A stretch of 64,000 bases of DNA, taken from assembly GCF_016432865.1 (NCBI RefSeq), contig NC_067402.1, positions 135,408,001 through 135,472,000 of the forward strand. Direction: 5' to 3'. This DNA comes from Antechinus flavipes (Eukaryota). Under the pieces are notes generated by a model, which saw only the letters and a program-made list of their open reading frames with translations, was not told the origin of the DNA and searched no databases. Below are positions 1-12,908 of this stretch, one piece after another; position 1 is the stretch's first letter; the number at the start of each line of letters is the position of its first letter. Made by a program: the position numbers and the translations under genes.

Positions 1-172
1 CTTTCTCATTTCTGTTTATTCTCTCTTTTTCTCTCTCTCCCCTCTCCCTCCCTCCCTCCCTCCTTCCCTTGCTCTCTCTCTTCCCTTCTCTTTCTATCTT
101 TCTCCCCTTCTCTCTCCCTTCCTAACTCCTTCCCTCTCTCCCCCTCTTTAGTTTTTTTTTTTTTTTTTTTTT
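1..172. repeat. CT-rich polypyrimidine tract followed by poly-T
   Basis: Nearly pure C/T over 1-150; T run at 152-172. Confidence 0.95.
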
Positions 173-705
173 GAGATGAAGAAGTAAAGATTGCTGGTTA
201 TTCCTTTTTTTCCCTAGGGAATTAAATGACCTTACCTGACGTTCTTTATAGGAGAATTCTCATATCTTTGACCTAGTTACAGGCTGCTAAGTTTTCAATG
301 AAAAAGTTAAATGATCACCTCCCTTCCTTCTCTGTAGCACATACCAACACTGAAGGAGAAAGAATATTGGAAGGAATGACATGGATTTTTCAGATTTTAA
401 GAACTTTATCCAAATGATGCTGTTCCTTTCAGAGTAATCATCTTGGAAGACATTATGATTATTCAAATAATTCTATCATTGCTCAAATCATTTGGCCTAC
501 TAATCTTTCATGATATCATACCACATTTCCACAGTGGAATTCCAGAAAAAGTTACCATCAATGGCATTACTTGTGGAATGATTTCTGATTTAATGTATGC
601 TTTCTCAGATTTATTGATTTATTTTAGCATGTATTCCCCTGGCACATATAATTTAACACACGAGAAAATTTTTTTGTTGGTATTCTAAATTCCAGTGCAA
701 AGCAG

Positions 706-706
<1 letters not shown>

Positions 707-752
<46 letters not shown>

Positions 753-871
753 TTGTTGCATAGACATGAAGGTAGTTCTTTAATCTTCATTTGAGAAGAA
801 TATATATATATATATATACATACACATATACTCATATGTGTATTTCACACACACACACACACACACACACA
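707..871. repeat. Compound microsatellite (CA)n / (TA)n / (CA)n
   Basis: (AC)n 707-748, (TA)n ~800-819, (CA)n ~846-871. Confidence 0.97.
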
Positions 872-970
872 CGTATATATTTCCATTTTTTCCATGATGA
901 AATTTTTTCAACCAGAGACTATTTATTATTTATTCTTGGGGAAGGTAATATAGGAACTGACTTGGGAGAA

Positions 971-2185
971 TCTTTTTTCTTTTTCTTTCTTTTTTTTTTT
1001 TTTTAACTTTTTTTTAAACATTTGAGTTTCAAATTCTGTCTCTTCTTCCTTTCCTTCTACTCAACCTGAGATGGTAAACAATCATATATAGGCTATACAT
1101 GTATAATTATGTAAAACTTTTACATATCAGTCATTTTGCATTAAAAGAGTTGAATAAAAAAAGTTCTGTTCATTTCACTATATATCAGTTCATGTAAGTT
1201 TTTCTAAGTTTTTTCTGAAATCATCCTGCATGTCATTTCTTATAATAATATTCCATTGTAATCATATACCACAGCTTGTTTACCTTTCCTCAATTGATGG
1301 GCATCCCTTTGATTTCTAATTCTTAGCCATCATAAAATGAGCTATAAATACTTTTGCACAAATAAGATCTTTCCCTCTTTTTGGGATATCTTTGGGATAT
1401 AGACCTAGAAGTAGCATTGCTGAGCACAGTTCCAAATTGTTCTCCAAAATGTTTGGATCTGTTCACAACTCCACCAAGAGTGTATTCATGGCCCACTTTT
1501 CCCACATTACTACCAATATCCACTGTTTTTCTTTCTTTCTTTTTTTTTTTTTTTTGGTCATATTAGCCTCTTGTACTATGAGGTGATGCCTCAGAATAAT
1601 TTTAATTTGCATTTCTCTGATCAGTAGAGATTTAGAGAGTTTTAAAATTTTTTTCATATGACCCTCTGGCTTTGATTTCTTTGTCTGATCATTGCTTGTT
1701 CCTAGCTTTTGGACATTTGTCAACTGTGGAATACTTTTTATTTTTATAAATTTGATTCAGTTCTTTATATATTTAAAAAATGATGCCTTTTATTAGACAT
1801 ACTTGTTGCATAGTTTTCCGTCCAGTTTCCTATGCTTTTTAAAATATAATTTTGGTTGCATTGATTTTGTTTGTGCAAAAACTTTTTAATTTTAAATAAT
1901 CTAAATTATGTATTTCATATTTTGTAATGTTTTCTATATCTTCTTTGATCCTAAATTCTTCTCTTATCCATAAATCTGACAAATAAACTATTCCATGTTG
2001 GGTTTTTTTTTTAATAATGTGAAAATCACATATACAGTTTGATCTTACTTTGGTATTCATTGTGAGATATTGATCTATGCCTAGTTTCTGCATTACTGTT
2101 TTCCAGTTTTCCCAGCATTTTTTGGTCAGATAATGAATTTTTGTTCCAAAAGCTTAAATCTTTGGGTTTATCTTATGCTATATTG
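971..2185 (-). mobile_element. L1 fragment (ORF2 C-terminus + 3' UTR), degraded
   Basis: Minus-strand peptides LLIREMQIKIILRHHL and LDYLKLKSFCTNK match the L1 ORF2 C-terminal region; T-rich tail at ~971-1015. Confidence 0.9.
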
Positions 2186-2799
2186 TAGAATTTTTTGAAG
2201 TTTATCCATTGCAAGTAAAAACCGTTCATTTAGTGATTTTTTTTGTTGTTGTTGGAATTTTCTGGCATTGTAAGATAATTGAAAAAATTCTAATACCTAA
2301 TTGCTTATACTTCAACTGGCAATTTTCACTTTTTCCATGATTAACTGTGAATGTGGGAGATCTGCAGTATACAGAATCCAAAGAAAGTATGAAGCAGAAA
2401 AAATTGCTCTGATATCAGGAAAGTGTATTATATCAAAAAAGAGGCCATCATGCAACTGGAAGTATTTTCAAACCTAGCTTAAATAGTGACATGATAGAGT
2501 ACTTCTTTTTATTGTCAACAGGAATTCATTTAGTAAAAATAGGATGAATAGGGAGGAGTCATTCATTTAGGGACAAAGAGCTCATATAACTAAGAAGCTC
2601 CTTGAAGATATCCCTGAAGACATCAGGACCAGTAAGGAATATAGTACAGCATGCTTGAAATTCAGTGAAAAGTTAAGCCTAGCCTTATACACCTGTCTTC
2701 TGAAGGCATTAGTACATGAAATTGTTGTATAAATGTGGCACATATTCATGATCTTGTTTAATATGCTCATTTATATTATGGTGAGGGAGTAAATAATAA

Positions 2800-3000
2800 T
2801 AACTAATACTTTAAGGTTTGCAAAGTCAGATAATATCTCTTTTGATCTTCTCAATAATCATATGAAAGAGGTGTCATTATCATCATATATGATTTATAGA
2901 TGAAAAAGCTGAGGCTTGAGAGAGGCCTTAGTACCAGTGCCCAGGGCAGCATTCAAATTCATGTCTTCTTGAATTCAGCACTTTAGCCACTGAGCTACTT
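2800..3000 (-). mobile_element. MIR-like CORE-SINE
   Basis: Core-like tttatagatgaaaaagctgaggcttgagagagg; cagcactttagccactgagc. Confidence 0.7.
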
Positions 3001-3169
3001 TAACTAGGAAGTAACCATAAAAACCTGTTATAGTTTTTTTTTTTTAATGTGAAGCTTTAAAAAAGAAATAAGCTTCAGTTGTTTATGAAAAGAGTTATTC
3101 AAGCTGTCATCTTCCATGCTGAAAAAATAAGGAATATATACCACACAACTTGGAGCTTTTTAATAACTT

Positions 3170-3390
3170 CCAGATAGCATAGATTAATGGTTAGAGTGCT
3201 CCGTTCAGAATGAAGAAGACATGGGTTCAGATGATATCTTCAGTGCTATGTTACCTCACCTCTCTGATTCTCAATTTCCCTTTTAGTATAATGGAGATCT
3301 GAATAGCTATAGTACCTATACCTATATCACAGGGTTAATATAAGACTTAGAAATGATGTTATATGCTACTGTGTCTATTATTATCATCAT
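3170..3390 (+). mobile_element. MIR-like CORE-SINE
   Basis: Head ggttagagtgctcc...gaagacatgggttcaga; core ctcaatttcccttttagtataatggagat. Confidence 0.65.
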
Positions 3391-5384
3391 CATCCTTAAG
3401 ATCAAGAAAAATAAATATTACACAGTTTTAATGAATTTTGCAATTTCCTATAATAAAAATTAGCCTTTCTTAGGGAATACCTTTGTGGTTTTAATAGAAA
3501 AATTTAAGATTCACTCCCTTATCCCTGACCATTTAAAACATGTCATTATCAGTGGGAAGTAATAATGCTATCTTGTTTATTTTGTTCCCATTTCTGGGAA
3601 GCTCAGCATTGTGACTCTTTGTCATCTTTTACTTACTGTCATTGTGCAAGAAAAAATGACTTGGCTTAAAGGTTCTGCAGTTTTTGTTATGCCACATTAA
3701 CCAAGATGTGCAAATGTCATAAGTGAACTATCGATATTGCTTAAGCAGTCCAGAGAGATTGGTCTCAGTGCTCAAGCTGTTATACCCAGGGGACTTTAGT
3801 GTTCCTTCCCTTCGTGAATAAATCATGTGTTACATTAGTAGATCAGCACAGCCTTTATTCAGTTTGAATGCATAGAAAATTGTGTCAGGTTAAAAAAAAT
3901 TCTTGCTGCCAAAATTTGGAGATCAGGGTTATTGAGCTATGTACTTTTCAAAGTTTTAAGCATCCTGAGTTTGGTTACAGATTATGTGCTAAGCAGACTG
4001 ATCCCAGGAGCTAAACAAAACCCTGTGATTACCTCTTCCAGCCAATCATGATGGAAACTGTAAGAAAAAAATGCTGCCTTCTAGGATGAAATTGCAGTTC
4101 TTCAATTAGGTTTTCCAAGGCAGGCCTAAAAGACATATTTAGCATTGCCTTCTGTTACCATGCCCCTAGCCAGATTGGAGCAGCACTGTTGGTAGCCTTA
4201 GTTTATTGCAGTGGAAGATTTTCTTTTATTTTAAGAGTATGTGGTAGCACATGCCCTGTTCAGTTTAATGAAGTGGTATACAACCTTGACTAGCCTATGA
4301 AAAATGTTTTCCCTAGCTGGTCTTTCCCTATGGACCATACAGCAGGTAATAGCAAATAGGATAACATTCCTGAGAAATGTGTGTGTGCAAATGTTAAGAC
4401 CAAAGCCTTAATATCATGCAACTCATGCAGGGTACAAATAGGGAATTTACCAATTACTTTGCAACATTTCTCATAAAGCAGTGTTTACTTATACTTCTAT
4501 ATTCAAGCTCGTGTTTGTTTAATTAAAATTGTTTTTAAATCTTTAGAGTTATTAGCTTAAGTATTTGCTGAGCCTGGCTTCTTAATTCCATACCCAAGAG
4601 TTGTGAAATACAGTGATACCTTTAATAATGGATATAACTTCTGAAGGACTATTCTATTAATTAAATCAATATTTAGCTTTAGAAATGGAAATATAAACAA
4701 AAGTGTAATTAAATTGCTATTTATGATTAGTCCCTTTCTCTACTCTAGGAGGTGCTGGCCACTGACAGTGTTAGTGACATTTGTTTAAGATCCTAACCCA
4801 AATGGTCCATACAAAAGTGGTTGTTTTAACAGGTAGCTGTCAGATTTCTGCTTTTGTATAGCCTAAAAATCTGTGCAAAAAACTTGAGCTATTGTCCTTC
4901 AAAAAAAGTTAGGGTCTCTTAGACTGACTTCATAAACACAGATACATATACAAATATATGTATATGTATACATTTTCATATATATACATATTTAAATACA
5001 GACATATTGACTCATAAACACACACACATATATGATATATTTACATATAGTGATATAGGCTCATAAACACACAAAAATACATACATATGCCATGCTCATC
5101 TCCACCTTGCCCCTGCAGATGTTATATTTACTTTTGAGACTTAACTTATAGCTTACATTTTCTATTAAGTCTTTTTGGATTAATCTAGCCCCAAATATTT
5201 GATATTTCTGAAATTCAGTATCAATTTAGTTTGTGAAAGAGTTTGCTTTTTGTTTTATATATATTTCCAATTAGAAGAGAAAACTAATTGTATATATTTA
5301 TATTGTGATTTGAACTTTTCAAAGATCTATCATATACATTGTCCTATTCAGTATTTACAGTTATACCATATAAAGAATCAGTAA

Positions 5385-6190
5385 GTACCCACTTTATGCA
5401 AATCATTCTGATAGATCTTGTGGAGATACCAAACTCACCCTCCCCCAAGATCTTCTTGTCCTTTTAGTACAATAAGGAAGATAAAACTTGCATACATAAC
5501 TATAATGTAAACCCATATGTGATAGGCATCATATGAGTGATAAAGGCAGTAGAAATTAAAGGAAGGATATTTTAATTGGCTTGATCATAAAAGGCTTATT
5601 AGTAGATTAGGTAGAATAGTAGGGTATTTTATGGGGTAGGGGATGGGGGTATGAACAGGAAAGCATCACATTTATTAAACAGGGGCAATGATTGGCAGGA
5701 AAGTTTGTATACTGACTTATCACTAAAATGTTAAGTAGTCTAGTTGTGTGGGATATCAAATGCAAAGCAAAATGTCTAAACTTTGTTTAGCCATAGGGAG
5801 CCATTGAGAATTTTTGAGTAGGTAAGCTATGTGATCAAAGAAATGTTTTGGAAGATAAATTTGTCAATAGTGTACATGCCAGATTAGATTTCAAAAGAAA
5901 ATCAGAGGGATATATAGAATGCTTAGGTTATTTTTTCATAGTTCAGACGTGTGATAATAAATGTCTTTATGAATATGGGAGAAATCATGATAGGATTGGT
6001 GAATAAATGTAGAGGTTGTCAAAAACAGCATGCAGTTTTTGAGCATAGGTGACTGGGAGTGGGAATGAGGAAGAATAAGTGATATCAAGGGAAGTTGCAA
6101 TGATGAATTCAGTTACATTGAAGTTGAAGTCACCTGGCATATAGAACAATAATTTGGAAATGTCCCATAGCTGATTTGTGATGGATCAAT
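5385..6190 (-). mobile_element. L2 LINE fragment
   Basis: Typical antisense L2 text, e.g. agggagccattgagaatttttgagtagg...gtgatcaaagaaatgttttggaagataaatt. Confidence 0.65.
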
Positions 6191-7004
6191 CTCTTGATTC
6201 TTGGATAAATGCTGTTCCTATTCCCCCACAGTGACCCTGTTGAATGCTTCTTGTATATCTCCCATAGTGTAGACTACAGTTTTGGATACTTCCTGTAGAT
6301 CCTAAATGAGTATTTGTTGACTTGATGGGCTGAATTTTATCTCTTATTAACAAAGACTTTCTTAATAGGCTAAAGTAAAATTGCAAGAGAAAATTCTAGA
6401 TAACAAACTGGTTTAAAATCCTTTGAATAGCTTGAAACATTTGTTTACAGTTGACAAACTAATTTCAAATCACTCTTTCACTTATTTACTAAAGCAGCTC
6501 CTCTAAAACCCTCTACAAACCTCATTTTATTAGCCTCTTTTGATTCACTTTATATATTTTAAATGATTTTATTTCTCTAAAAAAATTCATTTTGTAGGTC
6601 ATTTTTTGTAAACTTTACATCTTCCTCCTGTACAGTGTTTTCCAATGAACTTGAACTTCTGTGTTGCCACTGTTTGGCTGGAATGCCTCTCTTCTTGGAA
6701 AGGAGATAAAGTATTTTGTATTGGTTCAACTTGACTAAAAAGTACTAATAAAGTCAATGTATTTAGTACATTTATACTAAATATTTACATTTGTACATTT
6801 ACTTAAACAGTTTGGGTTGGAGCTGCTGTAATTATAAGCAAAATCTTCAGATCTTTATTCTTTCTTTGTTTCCAATTGATTTTGTTCTTTCCTCTTTTTA
6901 GTTGATATGGACAACTATTCTAAAATGACTGCTCTTTTGTTACCCAGCCCTTTCCTCTATTAAATTCAAATGAATTCAACAATTCAATATATAATTCAAA
7001 TATA

Positions 7005-7150
7005 CTTAACATTTATTTGATGCTTACTCTGGTATTATGTGTAAAACACTGGGTATAAGGGATGCAAAGATGAAAACTAGATAGACTTTGTTCTCAAGAA
7101 GTCTATATTCTACTGGGGAGATAACAGGGAATATAATATGGATAAATACA
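7005..7150 (-). mobile_element. L2 3' tail
   Basis: acatttatttgatgcttactctgg...aacactgggtataagggatgcaaagatg...ttctcaagaagtctatattcta. Confidence 0.65.
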
Positions 7151-7484
7151 TACAGACTCTGTACATGGTTTAGTATAGAAGTCCTGAGAATTGGCTAAAA
7201 CATGAGTCAACATAAAACTCAGCAAGTCTCAGAGTTAGCTGTTAAAGATGATACAAATTAAATGACTAGTCCAAAATCATGTATCTAATTTCAGGAAAGA
7301 CTTGAATTCAGCTTTTCCTTGCTCCAAGTCTCTATTAAGCCATACATACTCTACAAATATAGTATCGAGGTTTTTGTCATCCTTGGGGAAAAAAAATGGA
7401 AAATGTGTCTATAGAAAGTTTAGTATGAGATCCCATTAAACCTATATATTGTAGGTTTCTCCCTCTCTCCAATTCCATGTAAAG

Positions 7485-7830
7485 ATAATTTTAATACTCA
7501 TTCTTTAAGATTTTGAGTTCCAAATTCTTTCCTTCCCTTCTTTCCCTCTTTCTTGAGAAGGCAGCAATTTGATATAGATGAATCCATGCGCAATTGTATA
7601 GAACATTTCAATATTACTCATGTTGTAAAAGAAAAAACAGCCAAAACCCTAATAAACATAAAGTTTTTTTTAAAAAGTATGCTTCAATCAGCATTTAGAC
7701 ACCACCACTTCTTTCTCTAGAGGAGACAGCATATTTGATCATGAGTCCTTCAGAACTATCTTGGATTGCTGTATTACTGAGAATTGTTAAGTTATTCACA
7801 ATTGGTCATTTAATATTTCTTTTTATCATG
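7485..7830 (-). mobile_element. L1 3' UTR fragment
   Basis: ttttgagttccaaattctttcc...gagaaggcagcaatttgatatag...cagaactatcttggattgctgtattactgagaat resembles a marsupial L1 3' UTR. Confidence 0.75.
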
Positions 7831-7952
7831 TCATAAACTTCAAGATGAGAAAGAGACATAATCAAGAACATAATTCCTGTTATCTACAGATTTATTTATT
7901 TTCATTTCAGACATTTAGACTCTACCTCATCATGGTAGTATGAAAGGAGAGG

Positions 7953-8093
7953 GCAATAGCTCTCAGAAATTGTGGAGAAAAGCTGATATTGATAGTTATA
8001 ATCCATGTGGATTAAGCAAAAGCTCTTTGGGCCCTTCAATAATTTTTAAAAACATAAAAAGTTCCTGAGATTAAAAACTTTGAAAATCACTGC
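7953..8093. mobile_element. hAT-Charlie-type MITE remnant (MER5-like)
   Basis: The end gttcctgagattaaaaactttgaaaatcactg resembles the hAT MITE terminus gagaccaaaaagtttgagaaccactg. Confidence 0.5.
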
Positions 8094-8285
8094 TGGGCTT
8101 GGAGATAGGAAGACCTCATACCTACTAGTGATCTTAGGAAAATCACTTAAGTTCCTCAAATTCAATTCTATCATGTGGGGATAATACTAGCAACTATTTC
8201 ACAGGGTTGTCAATTTCAAGTGAGATGGAATCTTTGCAAATTCTTTGTAGGCTTTAAAAAATGTGAACTGCTACTACTACTATTA
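8093..8285 (+). mobile_element. MIR-like CORE-SINE
   Basis: ggagataggaagacc...gatcttaggaaaatcacttaa...ggggataatactagca...cacagggttgt. Confidence 0.65.
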
Positions 8286-10356
8286 ATAATAATTTTCAAG
8301 TAATTTCCAAAGGAAAAAAAAGATTTGCAAAAAAAGAACAAAAACAGATCATATTTTTGTTCACTCTCCTGTGATCTAGAAGTTGTTTGTCTGTTGACCC
8401 ATGTAATAGTTTATGCATATGTCAAAGATGAACTTGATCAGAACATAAGATGGGAAACATAGGCTTTCACAGATGATTCTCTACAATAGATCATACCTTT
8501 ATAATCACACAGCTAGAGTGATAGAGACTGTAAAATCCTGCTGTGTCCATTTAAAAAAAAATAAATTCTTGAAAAAAAAATTGGCTTAGGATAAGAATGT
8601 ACATCCATTAAAGACTTCTCAAAAAAAGCATTTTTCATGCAAATGTTTGTCACATTAAATTATGACAACTATGGTAAAAGCATGTCCACACTGAATAAGA
8701 CATAACATCGAGGAGTTGTTGGACAATATTAGGGAAATATCCTGAGCAAAGTCCAAATGCAATTCTTATTCATGATCATCTTTTCCAAAAGGAACCTATT
8801 AATGGCTAATTACATGATAATTGTGTCAAGAACCTAAACTAGTATAAAGCTTCTTTAATGAGATCTAGAATAATTTGACAGATTAAGCTAATCACACCCA
8901 ATGGAAAAATAATATAAATAAAAAACACATATTACCCAAATCATAATATGTAATTATAGATCCCATTGCATTAATTTGTGTGCCCATATATGGATGTATC
9001 TTCAAGTTCCATCATATGTCTCTTACTCTAGAAACTAGAAAACGTTTAATTTCATTTTAAAAATAACATGGTATTTTTTTCATGATTTTAAACTCCTCAA
9101 TGCTAAAAAAATTCAATATTAATATTCTTCTGATAGTATTATATATCTGAGCCCTGGAATAAACATTTTTATTTTTAAAGAATAAAATCACAAATGATCC
9201 AAAAGAGAATGAAAAGACAAATGATATGTGTAAGCCACAGCTTATACCCAAAATGATTTTTGTTTGGACACATATAATTGAAAAAGAAGCAGTCAATTCA
9301 GATAGAGGAAGTGAGGAAAAACAGGTTGACATCCAAATTTTATATTACTTTCTCTAAAAAAAATTATGAAAGATTATTGCCAGGAATGCAACAGAATTTG
9401 AATATATTCTGATGGTGCCGTGGTAGAAAGAATTCTCATTTATCATATCATGGATCCCTCATAGTATCAAATAGCATATAGCTTGACCTTAGAGATGTTT
9501 GAAATGTTGCATTTGGAGCTTCCATTTGAGGCATAAAAAAGTTCTTGTTGACCTTCCTAAAATCTGAAAGAGAATACTGTTTTCTCCTGAGAGACAACTG
9601 AAATGTTAATGTCTTTTTTTTCCCCCATTTAAGATTTCTATTATCAGCATGAAGATTTATTTATAAAAGTTTTTTCTCCCCTCCCTTTCCCCTCTCCCCC
9701 CTCCATTAGATTTAGATCTGGAAAGGACCTTAAGAATCATCCAGTATATGGTGGTTTTGTTTTTTCCTGCTTTGTTTTCAATGTAGAAATTTTAAACTTT
9801 GATTTACTTGATTTTAAAAGGTTTCTTGTTTAATGGATATATCTTTTCTCACCTCTCTCCAAGAAATCTATGTATTTATAATTCCCAAATGTAGTGATTG
9901 TATCATGGTGAGTAATTTTAGTCAATACTGAAAAAAAAAATAAACAGTTAAGTCCTCTCAGCACTTGCCTTAAGCTATAAAAGGTAATAAAATTGAGAAG
10001 CCTATTAGGACACTAGAATTTGTACTTAAGCTCCAAACAGCTGGTACAAGTGCAACATAGAGGACTAAAGAACATGTGCACACAGATAAACATAAAGCGT
10101 AAATGGTCCATCCTATGTGAGTGCTTTGTTCATTATATGCACATGAACATTTTTTAGCATAAGTTAATAAAAGCACATCATTGGGGCAATTGCTGAACAG
10201 TAGCTTGCAAATAAAATGAAGTCCACAATGATAAACAACGTGATAAAAATTGATCAGCATTCTGCATTCTTCTGAGTCTCTGGCTGACACTGAGATAGCT
10301 CAAGATTGAACAACTTGCAAGTAGATTCTGCAACTTGCAGGTGCTCCCATCACTTT

Positions 10357-11027
10357 TTTTTTTCTTTAAATAACTTTTTATTGACAGAACCTATGCCAGG
10401 GTAATTTTTTACAGCATTATCCCTTGCACTCACTTCTGTTCCGATTTTTCCCCTCCCTCCCTCCACCCCCTCCCCCAGATGGCAAGCAGTCCTTTACATG
10501 TTGAATAGGTTACAGTATATCCTAGATACAATATATGTGTTCAGAACTGAACAGTTCTCTTGTTGCACAGGGAGAATTGGATTCAGAAGGTATAAATAAC
10601 CCGGGAAGAAAAACAAAAATGCAAGCAGTTTATATTCATTTCCTAATGTTCTTTCTTTGGGTGTAGCTGCTTCTGTCCATCCTTGATCAATTGAAACTGA
10701 ATTAGCTCTCTTTATCGAAGAGATCCACTTCCATCAGAATACATCCTCAAACAGTATCGTTTTTGAGGTGTATATAATGATCTCCTGGTTCTGCTCATTT
10801 CACTTAGCATCAGTTCATATAAGTCTCGCCAGTCCTCTCTGTATTCATCCTGCTGGTCATTCCTTACAGAACAATAATATTGCATAACGTTCATATACCA
10901 CAATTTACTCAACAATTCTCCAATTGATGGGCATCCATTCCTTTTCCAGCTTCTAGCCACTACAAACCGGGCTGCCACAAACATTTTGGCACATACAGGT
11001 CCCTTTCCCTTCTTTAGTATCTCTTTG
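10357..11027 (-). mobile_element. Young 5'-truncated L1 with 14-bp TSD
   Basis: TSD GCTCCCATCACTTT at 10343-10356 and 11028-11041; poly-T tail; open ORF2 C-terminus KEILKKGKGPVCAKMFVAA...GCPSIGE..SKLWYMNVM. Confidence 0.97.
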
Positions 11028-12344
11028 GCTCCCATCACTTTCAAGGCTAACTCCAAACCTTGGTACTTTTCCTCTTTTCAGTCTTCTTAAGAAATACAAA
11101 TTGGGAAAGATCAGGTTTCTTGGTTACAAACCAAGGGAATAGAAAGTAACCAGATAAATTAAAATTATTGACTTAAAGGAAGATGTACCAAAAGATACAA
11201 TTTGGGCTTTGTCTGACTTATCTACAGTTTGCTGCATATAGTATAATTACCTGGTTAATTGATCAATGCACATAAATTCATTAGAAGTTGGCCTTTCCCC
11301 CCAGTTGACTGTCTCCATTCACTACATTAATCATGTGACTTCTAAGATCCCTATTTCATTTTATAATCTTGGAATTTTATTTTGTCTTCAGGATTTAACT
11401 TTGCTAAATTTCCTTGAAGGTAAACAGATTGGATCTTGGGAAAAGAGCTCTTTACCTCCTAAATTCAAAAGAATAAATAAAATCTTTAGTTTTTTCCTCT
11501 ATCGTTCTTGTACACACACTCCTCTCACCAATATATTAAGGTACTATTCTCAAGCTGAATGATCAGATCTACTATTAGTTATTTCTTTCTATACTTCCAT
11601 ATTTCATTATTATGGAAGCACAACTTTGACCCTTGAAATGTTACTACTGCCCTTGAGGTAAAATCCAACAGCTGCTGAAAGAACTTAGAAACAATATGCT
11701 ATCATTTGAGGATTGAAAGGGGTGTTCCTAATTGTAGCCACAGGGAGAAACTTGGAGAGATACTATGTAGTTTACCCCAATAGGAACTTAGCCAAGATGC
11801 TGAGGTTTAAAATGCCAAACCAACCTGCTTCTCTTGGAAATCTTGTTTTAAGTCTTTTATAGTGTCCCAATACTATGAGATATATTATCCTGACTCTAAA
11901 GGGACAAGAGGAGAAATATTAAAAAGTGGTCACTATAATAAAACCATCAATGAAAGAGCCACTATGTAAATAGCTTTTTAAGAATTCATATAGACTGATG
12001 CTACATGTATATACATCCCAGAATTTCTGCCCCTTCCATTCTCAAACTAATATTATAATTAGTCATTAGTGAGTTCCTGGATGGACACAGGACATTAATG
12101 ATTCAGTGCTTGTGCTTAATTGCAGAAAAGCCATTTTATCTGCTATTCTTTGAGGTACCTTTGGTATATATTAATATATGGATTAGTGCTGCAGTATGAA
12201 AGGTCGGGAATATGAAATACAGATCAGGGAGAGTGGGTTCCTGTGACTGCACAATTAAGTATCTAATACAAAAAAGTAGATAAGCCCATGGCCTCTTGTA
12301 TTCCATAGACCTGTGAGATCTGGTGAAATGATGAGGAGGATCAT

Positions 12345-12572
12345 GTACTGGATAGATAGCAAGCCAGTTTTGGAGTCAAGAAGACTCAGCTTCCACCTTG
12401 GATATTTGTGTTATATGACCCTTCACAATTCTTTTAACCTTTCAGTGCTCTAGGTAGATTTTTAAAGACATAAATTGCAGATGACATGCCAACCTTGGAT
12501 TGGAATTTCTTCATCCCAGAATTCCTCATAATTCCTCATACTAACTACAGGTTCTTCTCTTGTAAATAATGA
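12345..12572 (+). mobile_element. Marsupial CORE-SINE with 'aagacataaattgcaga' type tail
   Basis: tRNA-like head ttggagtcaagaagac; the same tail type recurs at ~61905-62105. Confidence 0.55.
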
Positions 12573-12688
12573 ATAGCCTATGCCTTACAGAAAACTTGCC
12601 ACTTTATATTGGTAGGTAGAATTTATTTATAGAAATGAAATTACAAATCCATTTAAAAAAGAAAATGATCAATATGGAATTAAAAATA

Positions 12689-12908
12689 TTTTCTTTTCTT
12701 TTTTCTTTTCTTTCCCTCTCTCCTTCTTTCCCTCCTTTCCTTTCGTCCCTCCTTTCCTTCCTTCCCTCATTCTTCCCTTCCTTCCTTGCTTCCCTCCTTC
12801 CTCCTTCTTCCTTCCCTCCCTCCCCTCTTCTCTCCTCCCCTCCTTTTCCCTCCCCTCTTCTCCTTTCTTCTCCTTCCTTTTCTTTTCTTCCTTTCTTTTC
12901 TTTCTTCT
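12689..12908. repeat. Polypyrimidine/polypurine tract (CT-rich)
   Basis: ~220 bp of almost pure C/T on plus. Confidence 0.95.

Noticed and set aside
236-272. Minus-strand 37-nt candidate exon (xQRYENSPIKNVR) with a good gtaagg donor
   Set aside because: Weak acceptor, opposite to the inferred host strand, peptide not recognised.
443-688. 81-aa plus ORF and nearby strong acceptor at 337
   Set aside because: TTG start, no recognisable homology, all frames from the acceptor stop early, and it runs into microsatellites.
2345-2480. Peptide GRSAVYRIQRKYEAE, reminiscent of a Tc1 helix-turn-helix
   Set aside because: Short similarity only; no TIRs, TA duplication or DDE motifs nearby.
2571-2631. 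Candidate exon GQRAHITKKLLEDIPEDIRT with gtaagg donor
   Set aside because: The acceptor lacks a polypyrimidine tract and the peptide is not recognised.
4930-5075. Three copies of TCATAAACACA in AT/AC-rich sequence
   Set aside because: A degenerate low-complexity minisatellite with no sign of function; not CRISPR-like (irregular low-complexity spacers, eukaryotic DNA).
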